This document shows positions 1-11,620 of a stretch of 64,000 nt of DNA, piece after piece. Under the pieces are notes generated by a model, which was not told where the DNA came from, did not search any database, and worked only from the letters and a program-made list of their open reading frames with translations. Source of the stretch: Neoechinorhynchus agilis (Eukaryota > Animalia > Acanthocephala); assembly GCA_051530055.1 (NCBI GenBank), contig CM121341.1:9030784-9094783 (forward strand). The letters run 5' to 3'. The position numbers and the translations under genes are program-made. Position 1 is the stretch's first letter, and each line of letters begins with the position of its first letter.

Positions 1-600
1 GAGTTAGGGGGTGATGCAGCAAAAAGCCCAGTTTGGAATTTCGGATTGATCGGATGAATTTCGCGGTAATTTCTTGAGATGTTGGAGGACTTCGTATGAT
101 GAAACTAAGGGGAGTATCGGAGATTCGACAAACGTTTCAGATGTGGGCGTGAAAGATTGTGTGGTGTCTAATGTTCAGCAATGACTGTAAATTGAATTCG
201 GGCAGAGGTTCTGATTAATGGAGTCTAGAGCCTGTTTTAATTCAGTGGAGGACAAATTAGGGATCCGGGTGGCGTAGACCAAGAGAGTCCTTGACGGCTC
301 GCCACCATGTTAAGTTGCCACCTGATCGAATTTTAGAGGAAAAGAAGTTTACGCCATAAGTATTTTGCTAGTTAGAGCTATTTGTAGACGGGGAAAGTCT
401 GGAGAGTTAGCAGTTAAGATTGTTCCGTGGGTCGAAGTTTTTCTAAGTGATGCGTTTCAGCATCCTAAACCATGAGTCGACCAGAAGGCGTGCACCAAAT
501 ATCTCGCCTGTTCGCAGGGGGAGGGAGTTTAGAGGAATAAGAGTAGGCGTCGATATTTGTGAACACTTTGTCGAGGTGAGCGTCAAGACAAGTTTGGAAG
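1..600 (-). mobile_element. Degraded non-LTR retrotransposon (LINE) ORF2 fragment: endonuclease end to pre-RT region
   Basis: Minus strand gives HLDKVFTNI (APE-type endonuclease end) and VSSYEVLQHLKKLP. It is co-linear with the longer copy at ~33990-34400. Boundaries approximate. Confidence 0.7.
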
Positions 601-659
601 TCAACTAAAATATTCAAACTCTAATGAGCGCCGGTGGGTAGTTTGTCTTTGGAATTTTC

Positions 660-1310
660 CAACGAGGAAGTAACCTCTTTCCTCTCACTCTAAGCTCTTA
701 TACGCCGACGATATCACCCTCATCACCCATTCACCACCCCTCCTTTCCATTTCATTAAAACCTCTGCACCAATCCCAAAATCCACCGGAATTTCTCTAAA
801 TGCTTCGATATGATCCCCTCATTCTCCTGAAACCCTACATTCTCCCCTGAGGCTCTAAATGCCATCCTAGGAGTAACCCCCCTATGAATTGTGGGTCTCC
901 AATTTCAATCAAATTTGAAGTGGGACTCGCACATCGCTCTTTCCCTCAAGCACAACACTTTTAAAAGTTATCTCCTCAAACGCCTCCGACATTTGGAAAT
1001 CCCTTCACTCGACCTCTACAAATTTTACTTCGGCTTTATCTTTCTATCCCTCGCTGAAATGTTTCAAGAAGAAGAGCATCTAAAATTTTTACAGTTGATT
1101 TTTTCCGCTCTTTCATCCTTCCTCAGCCTCCGCTCCTTTTTCCATACTACCCAATGTTCTCGGATATCGAGACCCGAAACGAATCGAACGAAAGACCCAA
1201 CCTCACAAACTCTCCGGCAAACAATATCCGCCAATCTCTAACCCGAAGGGACATCCCCCCACCGGATTCGTACTACACGCCAAAACCAACAACGGCCTTC
1301 ATTTAACAAA
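660..1310 (+). mobile_element. LINE reverse-transcriptase C-terminal fragment
   Basis: YADDITLI at 701-724, followed by LGLQFQSNLKW and LLKRLR segments. Homologous in reverse to 32300-33450. Confidence 0.8.
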
Positions 1311-2419
1311 TCAGAACTCGTGGGTTTATCAGAATTCAAAGGGTGGACTTGGATTCTCTGCTTTGAGCAATAAAATGTGTAATTATTGAAAACTAAGAAA
1401 CGGTGGAAAACAGCAGTTCAACTTGTTTTTCTCGAGCGTATCTCGTACATTCGATTTTTCCACCGGTTTTTTACACTATGTGGAAATGCCGATAAAATCA
1501 AAACTGATTTCCATTGATAAATTTTAGATCTTACTGTATGTTTTGGGAATCCATTAGACTTATGAAAACGATTAAGCGTTGATTTTTTTATCTTTTTTGC
1601 GAGCTTCACTTAAAATGTTTTAGTAGATCGTAGATGGAAAAGCTTAGCTTTGTTTTAAAAATGATCTTTTTTACTTTCGAGCATTACCATATTCCAATTT
1701 AAGAATTTCCCAAAACTACCCGTTCACAATTATTGGTGATGGCAGTTGAAATCTACCGAAGAATTCGTTTCTCCCTTTCCTTTGTTTAAAAATTCTGCTT
1801 GGTCCGACTTCACCGATTTTGTCAATGGCGACAAATCGAGGCATTTGTATTTCTCTTTTGGAACTGCAAGGACCAAGTTGTTCTTAGCCATTTGCATTCG
1901 TGAAGATGAAAAGGAGACAGTTTCAGAACAGTTGATGTGCCGTCCGGTCTTTTGTCGTCATATCTCGGCTAAAACCAACGGTCTCGAGAAGAGATTAAAT
2001 GTCGTTGCCAAATCCGTACTTTATAGACTGTTCACCATTCTATGGGGATTGTTATTGGCTTTTCGATCGATCGATTTTTCGACACCACACTGGAATATCC
2101 CAGGAATTGGGCAAACCACGGACCAGAGGAGCGGTCATCCATTTAAGTACCAATCGACGGGATTGGTTTTGGCTCCATGCCGTGGCCTTATGCCAAAAGC
2201 CGAGGGAGTAATGTCATAAATCTGAATTTCAAAATGGCCGAACTTGCCAGTAACATTTAAGAATTTAAAACATTTTCTAAATCCCTATTTAAGTTAATCA
2301 AAATCCACTATCGCCGATGACTCTCAAATAATAGCACGTTTATTTGTTAGTTAACAAAGAAAAGGACCCATGTATCTTTGGGTCCTCATAAAAACTCAGA
2401 TTCAGATTTGTTCAATGAA

Positions 2420-2700
2420 TGCAGTTTTTTGATTTTGGAGTGGATTACGGTTTCGGCCGGTTTAAAAGGTTTGTTCGGGTGGGGATAGTTATTGTGTGCA
2501 GGAGAGTATCGGTCTTTCCTCATGTTCATTTCGAATCATGATATCCAAGAAGATTTGACAGTATGGAAAACAGAGCGGAGTTCTGGGAACGATGAAATGA
2601 ATTGGGATTTGAAATTGGAGAGGCAATCTCTTGGGTTTAATCGATCAGAACCCACCGTTTGGTTCGGATAAATCAAGTTTTGTTTCTAAGACGAAATACT
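2420..2700 (-). mobile_element. LINE 3'-end fragment, same family
   Basis: Shares GGTCTTTCCTC..GTTCATTTC and GATGAAATGAATTGGGATT with 32280-32410 and 58050. Confidence 0.55.
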
Positions 2701-2911
2701 TCGTTGAAGGGAACAGGAAACTCACTGATGAGAGTTGAGCGAATGTTTTTTTTACCGTCGAAGACAGTAATTTAATAGATTCTGTACCGCGTCTATGGCC
2801 ATTTTCAAAATATAAAAACTACTTGAAAATTACTGAAGCCGCCATCCTTAATTCCAGAGCTAAAGTGAGCCCGAACTTAAAGAGAAACCGGATTCTTTTT
2901 TTTGAATACAC

Positions 2912-3232
2912 TTAAAACTGGAGGACTTGGTTCTTTTTCTTAAGATTTCCTCCCAATTCAAAGTGTTTGCATCTTTTAATAGATAATTGACTTTTTGTTT
3001 TGCAAACCGTACATTCCATCCTTAGCACTATTTTCTTCGTTGTCTTAGCCTTCTTTCTAAAGATCGGTTTTGTCTGTCCACCGAATCCTCGTTGCTTTCG
3101 ATCGTACCGTCTTCTACCGGCCGCATTAGAACGTTTCTGTCCTTGTTTGTACTGAGTGACTTTGTGGAGGGTATGACGTTTACATCCGACATGCCGACAA
3201 TACTTCTTCCTCTGCTTAGGAATGTTGACCAT
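2912..3232 (-). CDS. RPL36A: 60S ribosomal protein L36a/L44 (eL42), 106 aa, intronless
   Basis: MVNIPK...[34 protein letters not shown]...[10 protein letters not shown]. True start is the ATG at 3232, not the ORF-track start at 3397. Confidence 0.97.
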   Translation of the reverse strand: MVNIPKQRKKYCRHVGCKRHTLHKVTQYKQGQKRSNAAGRRRYDRKQRGFGGQTKPIFRKKAKTTKKIVLRMECTVCKTKSQLSIKRCKHFELGGNLKKKNQVLQF

Positions 3233-3954
3233 TGTGCCGTGTAGATTTAAAGGTTTCTTTAGAAAAGTCGCAGAACGTAGGGATGTAAGACACGGAAGAA
3301 TCGTAATTAGAAATGTGACGTCAGTGTGACGACACGAGCGAAAGAAGTTAATCGCGTACGTCCCTTTTTTATGGGGTTTAAAAGACTTTATCAGCACTTT
3401 TGTTGAAACGATTTTTTTTGTCTAAAAAGTTCAATAGTGTCCTCCAATTTAACAATTATTCTTCTTCAAAAATGAAAAATATCCGTGAGAGGACTATTGA
3501 ACACCATGGATACTATTTCATTCATTACCCACAGCGAAATTGTTGGTATAAGCTTAAATCTTTAGTTTTTCTTTCAATTATTTAATTGCCTATTTATGGG
3601 CAAGAAAAATTAAATGAATTTATTAAATCCAAGATTGTTTTCGGAAAATGGTTGATTTATAATTTTTCCGTCCCATTAAAATTAAATACTTTAATCTCCA
3701 AACAATTACTAAAATAGTCAATTAGATTGATCGAGAATCCAAATCGTGGGGTTTTTAAATATTCGAGTTCACGAGCAATTGACTGAAGAAGGCCAACGAA
3801 AACGCTGAAAAGTTTCAAGATAAATCTATTTTTCTGAATCATACATCTCTAATTGAAACTGAAATTCGTACATAATATTATCACAATTATACTTTTTTGG
3901 TTAAAATAATCAACCATTCATCACATATTTGATTTATTACGGAAATATTTCGAA

Positions 3955-6900
3955 CGAGAGAGAAGTTGAGTAGGAGCTGAGTTTGAGGGATCTCTAAGCT
4001 CCTCAATACCCAAACTCTCCCTCTGTCATTCTTTGGGAATCAAACTGAATCCTAAATGAAGAATAGGAGAGAGAAGTAGAGTAGGAGCTGAGTTTGAGGG
4101 ATCTCTAAGCTCCTCAATACAAAAACTCCCTCTTTTACCTTCGAGAATCAAACTGAATCCCAAATGAAGAATGGGAGAGAGAAGTTGAGTAGGAGCTGAG
4201 TTTGAGGGATCTCTAAGCTCCTCAATACCCAAACTCTCCCTCTGTCATTCTTTGGGAATCAAACTGAATCCTAAATGAAGAATGGGAGAGAGAAGTTGAG
4301 TAGGAGCTGAGTTTGAGGGATCTCTAAGCTCCTCAATACCCAAACTCTCCCTCTGTCATTCTTTGGGAATCAAACTGAATCCCAAATGAAGAATGGGAGA
4401 GAGAAGTTGAGTAGGAGCTGAGTTTGAGGGATCTCTAAGCTCCTCAATACCCAAACTCTCCCTCTGTCATTCTTTGGGAATCAAACTGAATCCTAAATGA
4501 AGAATGGGAGAGAGAAGTTGAGTAGGAGCTGAGTTTGAGGGATCTCTAAGCTCCTCAATACCCAAACTCTCCCTCTGTCATTCTTTGGGAATCAAACTGA
4601 ATCCTAAATGAAGAATGGGAGAGAGAAGTTGAGTAGGAGCTGAGTTTGAGGGATCTCTAAGCTCCTCAATACCCAAACTCTCCCTCTGTCATTCTTGGGA
4701 ATCAAACTGAATCCTAAATGAAGAATGGGAGAGAGAAGTTGAGTAGGAGCTGAGTTTGAGGGATCTCTAAGCTCCTCAATACAAAAACTCCCTCTGTTAC
4801 CTTCGAGAATCAAACTGAATCCCAAATGAAGAATGGGAGAGAGAAGTTGAGTAGGAGCTGAGTTTGAGTGATCTCTAAGCCTCAATACCCAAACTCTCCC
4901 TCTGTCATTCTTTGGGAATCAAACTGAATCCTAAATGAAGAATAGGAGAGAGAAGTTGAGTAGGAGCTGAGTTTGAGTGATCTCTAAGCTCCTCAATACC
5001 CAAACTCTCCCTCTGTCATTCTTTGGGAATCAAACTGAATCCTAAATGAAGAATGGGAGAGAGAAGTTGAGTAGGAGCTGAGTTTGAGGGATCTCTAAGC
5101 TCCTCAATACCCAAACTCTCCCTCTGTCATTCTTTGGGAATCAAACTGAATCCTCAAATGAAGAATGGGAGAGAGAAGTTGAGTAGGAGCTGAGTTTGAG
5201 GGATCTCTAAGCTCCTCAATACAAAAACTCCCTCTTTTACCTTCGAGAATCAAACTGAATCCCAAATGAAGAATGGGAGAGAGAAGTTGAGTAGGAGCTG
5301 AGTTTGAGTGATCTCTAAGCTCCTCAATACACAAACTCTCCCTCTGTCATTCTTGGGAATCAAACTGAATCCTAAATGAAGAATAGGAGAGAGAAGTTGA
5401 GTAGGAGCTGAGTTTGAGGGATCTCTAAGCTCCTCAATACCCAAACTCTCCCTCTGTCATTCTTTGGGAATCAAACTGAATCCTAAATGAAGAATAGGAG
5501 AGAGAAGTTGAGTAGGAGCTGAGTTTGAGGGATCTCTAAGCTCCTCAATACAAAAACTCTCCCTCTGTCATTCTTTGGGAATCAAACTGAATCCTAAATG
5601 AAGAATAGGAGAGAGAAGTAGAGTAGGAGCTGAGTTTGAGGGATCTCTAAGCTCCTCAATACAAAAACTCCCTCTTTTACCTTCGAGAATCAAACTGAAT
5701 CCCAAATGAAGAATGGGAGAGAGAAGTTGAGTAGGAGCTGAGTTTGAGGGATCTCTAAGCTCCTCAATACCCAAACTCTCCCTCTGTCATTCTTTGGGAA
5801 TCAAACTGAATCCCAAATGAAGAATGGGAGAGAGAAGTTGAGTAGGAGCTGAGTTTGAGGGATCTCTAAGCTCCTCAATACAAAAACTCTCCCTCTGTCA
5901 TTCTTTGGGAATCAAACTGAATCCTAAATGAAGAATAGGAGAGAGAAGTAGAGTAGGAGCTGAGTTTGAGGGATCTCTAAGCTCCTCAATACAAAAACTC
6001 CCTCTTTTACCTTCGAGAATCAAACTGAATCCCAAATGAAGAATGGGAGAGAGAAGTTGAGTAGGAGCTGAGTTTGAGGGATCTCTAAGCTCCTCAATAC
6101 CCAAACTCTCCCTCTGTCATTCTTGGGAATCAAACTGAATCCCAAATGAAGAATGGGAGAGAGAAGTTGAGTAGGAGCTGAGTTTGAGGGATCTCTAAGC
6201 TCCTCAATACAAAAACTCTCCCTCTGTCATTCTTGGGAATCAAACTGAATCCTAAATGAAGAATGGGAGAGAGAAGTTGAGTAGGAGCTGAGTTTGAGGG
6301 ATCTCTAAGCTCCTCAATACAAAAACTCTCCCTCTGTCATTCTTGGGAATCAAACTGAATCCTAAATGAAGAATGGGAGAGAGAAGTTGAGTAGGAGCTG
6401 AGTTTGAGGGATCTCTAAGCTCCTCAATACAAAAACTCTCCCTCTGTCATTCTTTGGGAATCAAACTGAATCCTAAATGAAGAATAGGAGAGAGAAGTTG
6501 AGTAGGAGCTGAGTTTGAGGGATCTCTAAGCTCCTCAATACCCAAACTCTCCCTCTGTCATTCTTTGGGAATCAAACTGAATCCCAAATGAAGAATGGGA
6601 GAGAGAAGTTGAGTAGGAGCTGAGTTTGAGGGATCTCTAAGCTCCTCAATACCCAAACTCTCCCTCTGTCATTCTTTGGGAATCAAACTGAATCCTAAAT
6701 GAAGAATGGGAGAGAGAAGTTGAGTAGGAGCTGAGTTTGAGTGATCTCTAAGCTCCTCAATACCCAAACTCTCCCTCTGTCATTCTTTGGGAATCAAACT
6801 GAATCCCAAATGAAGAATGGGAGAGAGAAGTTGAGTAGGAGCTGAGTTTGAGGGATCTCTAAGCTCCTCAATACAAAAACTCTCCCTCTGTCATTCTTTG

Positions 6901-6993
6901 GGAATCAAACTGAATCTTCATTGGAGAATAGGAGAGAGGAGGAGAGTAGTAGCTGAGTTTGAGTGATCTCTAAACTTCATTTGAGAATCAAAC
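3955..6993. repeat. Tandem array A, ~27 units of 111 bp (110- and 108-bp variants)
   Basis: Unit GAGAGAAGTTGAGTAGGAGCTGAGTTTGAGGGATCTCTAAGCTCCTCAATAC... repeats throughout. The last unit (6910-6993) is diverged. Confidence 0.97.
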
Positions 6994-7713
6994 ATTTTAT
7001 TTTGTCATTTTCGATGATTTAACCAAATAAGACTAGTAAACGATCACTTTTAGACATTTAGTCGTGTTAATGTTGCTGCGTACGGAAGAGTAATCTAAAT
7101 GGTAGTCAGCGCAAAAAAGTAACCTTCCTTAGAACTGTCATTCTTTTGCATTTGTCACTTTAGTGGGTTTATGTGCGCAAACACTAAGATTGTATGTTCG
7201 TTTTTCGAGCTGTTCTTGGAAAGGTGGATTTTCCCATTGGAACCCTTAAGACCATTTAAGAGTCGAATTAAATCCTTTTGTCGCAGTTTTTATTCATTTG
7301 CAAAAAGGAACGGAAGCGTTTATGATCGCTCAGAGTTTAATATGGCAGCAGAAAAAGCAAAAACTTGCATGAAACCTTTGTCATATGTTAGTTAATTTCG
7401 ACGAATCAAGAGAGAGAGATCCGAAGATATTTGGAAAGAAAGTCTCGTCATTAGTTTTTTCGCTCGAAAACAATGACGAGGTTTCCTCGTCGTTTGAAGT
7501 GTCTCAATTTCATTTTATCCGGGCCGGGTATTATGATAACCACAATTGAAATACGCGTGCTACTTGTTCAGAACCACCACCACCACCACCGCCGAATCAT
7601 CCTAGGCCATTTTCGCTTTCTTTTCTAAAAATAGCTCACTGACACACAAGAAAATCCTTTTTCTTAAAAAAAGAGAAATCTAAACTCGTTAATTTTGAAA
7701 TCTACATTGGCAG

Positions 7714-10276
7714 ATGCGCAGAATAGTGATTGTTTCGAATCGATTACCGGTGTCGGTTAAACGAACTCCGGCTCCCACAGGCTCAAGTGAACCTGCAACG
7801 TTCGCACTTAAACAGAGTGTCGGTGGTTTGGCGACCGGACTTGCTGGTCTAAGAGATTATGAGCGATTATGGATTGGTTGGCCAGGAGAAGTAGTTACGG
7901 ATCCAAGAGAACAAGAAATAGTGAGATCGATGCTGAAGGAACAAGGACTTGTACCGGTGTTTCTCAGCAAACACGAAGTCAACATGTTCTACTCTGGATT
8001 CTCCAACAAAACCCTCTGGCCTCATTTCCACTACTTCACGCAATTCACTAGTTATGCGAACGAATACTTTGATTGGTATCAGAGTGTCAATGATAAGTTC
8101 AAAGATGCCGTGTTTGAGCAAGTGAGTAAAGACCATGAAGAATCCGACATGATTTGGATTCACGATTACCAATTACTCATGGTTCCAGCGATGATCAGAG
8201 ACCGGTTTCATAACGTCGGAATTGGCTTCTTCCTTCATATCCCATTTCCGTCCTACGAGACATTCCGTACACTTCCATGGAGAAAAGCACTACTGACCGG
8301 GATGTTGGGCGCTGACTGCATTGGATTTCATACTGTCGGTTATTTGAGGCACTTCATAAGCGCCGTCAGTAGAATCTGTGGAATCGATTTTGTTCATAAT
8401 CGTCTTCAGGTTGGAAACAGGGTCGTTTCAGTTGGTGTGTATCCGATGGGTATTGATTATGACACTTACGCAGCACAAGCAGATACGGGTGGTTCAAACA
8501 CGAGCTTGGTTGAGTCTCCGGATTGGGATTTGACCCTTCTAAAGGAGAAAGGGATGAAGATTATTATAAGCGTCGACCGATTAGACTATACGAAAGGAAT
8601 TCCTTCTCGGATTCGAGCGTATAAACGATTTTTGGAAGAGTATCCCAACTATAAGGCCAAAGTGACGCTGATCCAGATCGTTGTGCCTTGTCGCGACAAC
8701 GTAGAAGAATATAAAGATCTCAGAGATGAAATCGAGACTTTGATTAGTAAAGTAAGTGGTGAATATGATACTCTTCAATGGTCGGCGATTCATTACGCTT
8801 CAAAACCATTCCCAACGTCTCAACTTATCCCAATGTATCGCCATGCGGACGTTTGCCTTGTTACTCCCCTTCGCGATGGCATGAATCTTGTGGCTAAGGA
8901 GTATGTCGCAGCTAAAGAAGGTATCGATACGGGTGTACTTATTCTAAGTGAAATGGCCGGTGCTGCCGATGAACTCGTTGATAGCATCATAGTTAATCCA
9001 AACGATGAAAGTGACATTGTAACAGCTTTGATGACTGCGCTCGAAATGCCGGTCGACGAACAAAAACGGCGGTTGGAATCTCTCCAGAGCACAGTAAGGA
9101 CTTATACTGTGCAGGTCTGGAAAATGGTGAAAATTTGCATTCGTCTTCATCGCTTAGAATACTTCAAATCTTTTAATAGTCCTCCTTTTTCTGGCGGGGG
9201 GGGAGAACTAGAGCTGCAAATCTTTACCATTTTCCTCGTATGGGCCAATGTGTTCATCAAAAGTCTTCTAGAAGCTATAGAAACAAACCAACAAAACATG
9301 AGTCATCAGCTCTCCAATGAACCATCTCTTGGTTCAATGCTCGAAGTGTACAAACGATCTCAACATCGTCTTCTACTGCTAGACTACGACGGTACTTTAA
9401 TGTCGTTCCACCGGAACCCAGCAGCAGTAAAACCCGATCAATGGTTGACAGAAACCCTTAAGAAACTGTGCGCGTCTCCTAAAAATCAAGTGGTCGTTAT
9501 AAGTGGACGTGATAAGATAACCCTCAATGAATGGCTCGGTAATGAACAAAAGCTAGATTTTGCCAGTGAGCACGGTGTTTGGCTACGACGAAACGAAGAA
9601 TGGAAATGTCTATTAAGTAGCGAACAAACTGATCTGATTGATGTTTGGAAAATGGAATGTAGAGAGTGGCATAGTCGTTTGTTTTGAAAGGGAGTGGGGG
9701 AGGACCAATGTCGACTATTTCGCTCATAAAAGGATAATGGGCGAGATGTGCAATCTTGTTCCTGGGACGTTTGTAGAGGAGAAGCATTCTTCGATAGCAT
9801 GGCATTTCCGTGGTGTTGAGAATAACGTTGCTCAGAGTGCTATTCGGAAATATCTTCAGAGTATCAGTACGCTCGCTTCCAAGTATCATTTACAGCTACT
9901 TGAAGGAAATAGAGTTATTGAATTGAAGAGTAAGCAGGTGAATAAAGGCAAGGCTGCCGACGATTGGCTCCAGTGCCGTATTCCTGGCGACCGAACGAGT
10001 ACACGAGCCACAATTCCCAAAGAAGCCGAATGGGATTTTATTCTTGCTATCGGGGATGACAGTACGGACGAAGATACTTTCCAAGCTGCAAATGCGGCCG
10101 ATATGAACGCCTATACCGTTAAAGTTGGAGGACTCGGAGCTGAAAATACTGCTGCTAGATACACTCTATCGAATGTGAAAAAGGTGCGATTAGTGCTCAC
10201 GGAACTTGTTAAATTAACTAACCAAGAATCCTATGCCGACCACGACGACGATCAACAAAACGTATCTAAAAATTGA
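7714..10276 (+). CDS. TPS: Bifunctional trehalose-6-phosphate synthase/phosphatase, ~790 aa after removing two predicted introns (9113-9235, 9661-9727)
   Basis: GT20 motifs VSNRLP, WIHDYQL, FFLHIPFPS, VDRLDYTKG, RDGMNLVAKEY. HAD motifs LDYDGTL, ISGR, SEHG, GDDSTDED. Confidence 0.95.
9113..9235 (+). other. Predicted non-canonical 123-nt intron (AG...CC, or GT...TC at 9115-9237) with 21-bp terminal inverted repeats
   Basis: 41 extra in-frame codons split the V-x-x-W-A motif. Arms are GGAAAATGGTGAAAATTTGCA and TGCAAATCTTTACCATTTTCC. Confidence 0.75.
9661..9727 (+). other. Predicted 67-nt intron, AG...AT, with internal inverted repeat
   Basis: Joins ORF 7714 to ORF 9638 in frame (WKMEC|KRIM). 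ATAGTCG/CGACTAT sit symmetrically. A weak GT-AG alternative of the same length (9666-9732) exists. Confidence 0.6.
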
Positions 10277-10647
10277 TTACCATTTAACGTTATTGGACAT
10301 CAATCACCAACAACAAAAAAAGGAATTGTATTTCACTAAGTTTGAGTCACCAAAACCTCTTTTTTCCGGTCGCCGCCTAATAGTTGTCGTCTCGCTCACT
10401 TCTAAGTAGCATTTTTTGAGAATTCAGTTAGCTTACAAGTTGGGAAATGTAAACGAGAAACGGTTTCAAAATTTCATGTCTTGAGACTTTGCGAATAAAA
10501 GTGAGTCTAATCACTTTAAGATTTTTAGAAATGATTCGAGAATATTGGCGTTCAATATTAGGACGACCAAAATGGAACAATAACAAAGCTAAAAAATCAC
10601 GGGCATTTTTTTTCGTAAAAAAATAGCTCATTCAAAAAGTGGTCGAT

Positions 10648-10986
10648 TTAACAATTTAAATAAGCAGAAGCTTCAAATACTTCAATATAACTTCTCGTGT
10701 CGATATCCATTGATTTGATAACGTCATTGTTGTAATAATGATAAGATCGAAAATGTAAGAACCGGCAGACGACACTAAGAGCATTTGAGGAAATATTTTC
10801 AAATGTAACCGATTCAAGTTCATTAGTGTCCTTATCGCTAATAATGCCTTTAGGTGGATTAAAGATCACTTTGAGCAGTTTGGAGCCTTCGATTGCTATC
10901 CTACGATCCAGTAAAAACTCATGCCCGTCGCCAGAAACAATCCGAATGAATTTCTTCTCTTCTAAAATCCGAGAATCATTAATCAT
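10648..10986 (-). CDS. ELOC: Elongin C-like (SKP1/BTB fold), divergent, 112 aa
   Basis: FIRIVSGDGHEFLLDRRIA...FENISSNALSVVCRFLHF...EASAYLNC. Confidence 0.8.
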   Translation of the reverse strand: MINDSRILEEKKFIRIVSGDGHEFLLDRRIAIEGSKLLKVIFNPPKGIISDKDTNELESVTFENISSNALSVVCRFLHFRSYHYYNNDVIKSMDIDTRSYIEVFEASAYLNC

Positions 10987-11460
10987 CGCGCCGCTTGTCG
11001 TCCTGCAACAGTTAATGAATTCCCTTTGAACATCAGTGACGTATTAACACCAAAAAGATTCTTCCGTGGTTAGAAAAGCAATAGCGGCGATTTACCCCCG
11101 ATATTTCACTTCTCGGGTAGTTCCGACACTTCCTCTCGAGGTTTGCCACATTTAAAACAATTTTAAATTGGCTTTTTACCTTCGATCGGTTTGAATGAGC
11201 ATTCGATGGCTTTCATTATCAAACGATTCCGTAAATATGGCTAATCAAAATCAATTTGATGTCCACAATTCACCGAATGATTTGATATGGCTAAGGAAAA
11301 AGTGTTCTGAGAAGAGCCGATAACTGGTTACGACAAGCTGAAATACGTTTGATTTCTTAAGCTCTAAGAGCAATTGGCTTTCCCGAATCGACGAAAAGAA
11401 GAGCTTTCCTCGAAGCCAAGAACATCGCAAATATACACAAGAAAAGAATTATGACCGGAA

Positions 11461-11620
11461 TTATTGTTTAGTCTTCAAGTGCGGTAAATGATTATTTCGG
11501 TTAAAGACGTTCTTTACGAACCTCACCGGGTTCATCATCAGTTTGTTTAGCGTCCATTACTAACAAACTGATGATGAACTCGAAATAATCATTTATCGCG
11601 GGTGAAGACTTGTAAACAAT
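11461..11620. mobile_element. MITE-like foldback element, family 1
   Basis: Outer arms ATTGTTTAGTCTTCA..GTAAATGATTATTTCG / CGAAATAATCATTTA..TGAAGACTTGTAAACAAT. Inner hairpin TTCATCATCAGTTTGTT / AACAAACTGATGATGAA. Confidence 0.75.

Noticed and set aside
1746-2219. 157-aa ORF as a real gene
   Set aside because: No recognisable domain. Part (1800-1860) recurs inverted at 12264-12320, so it is more likely a dispersed repeat remnant.
3233-3397. N-terminal extension of RPL36A in the ORF track
   Set aside because: The conserved protein starts at MVNIPK (3232) and has the normal 106-aa length.
7573-7593. (ACC)n tract upstream of TPS
   Set aside because: Ordinary short microsatellite with no evidence of function.
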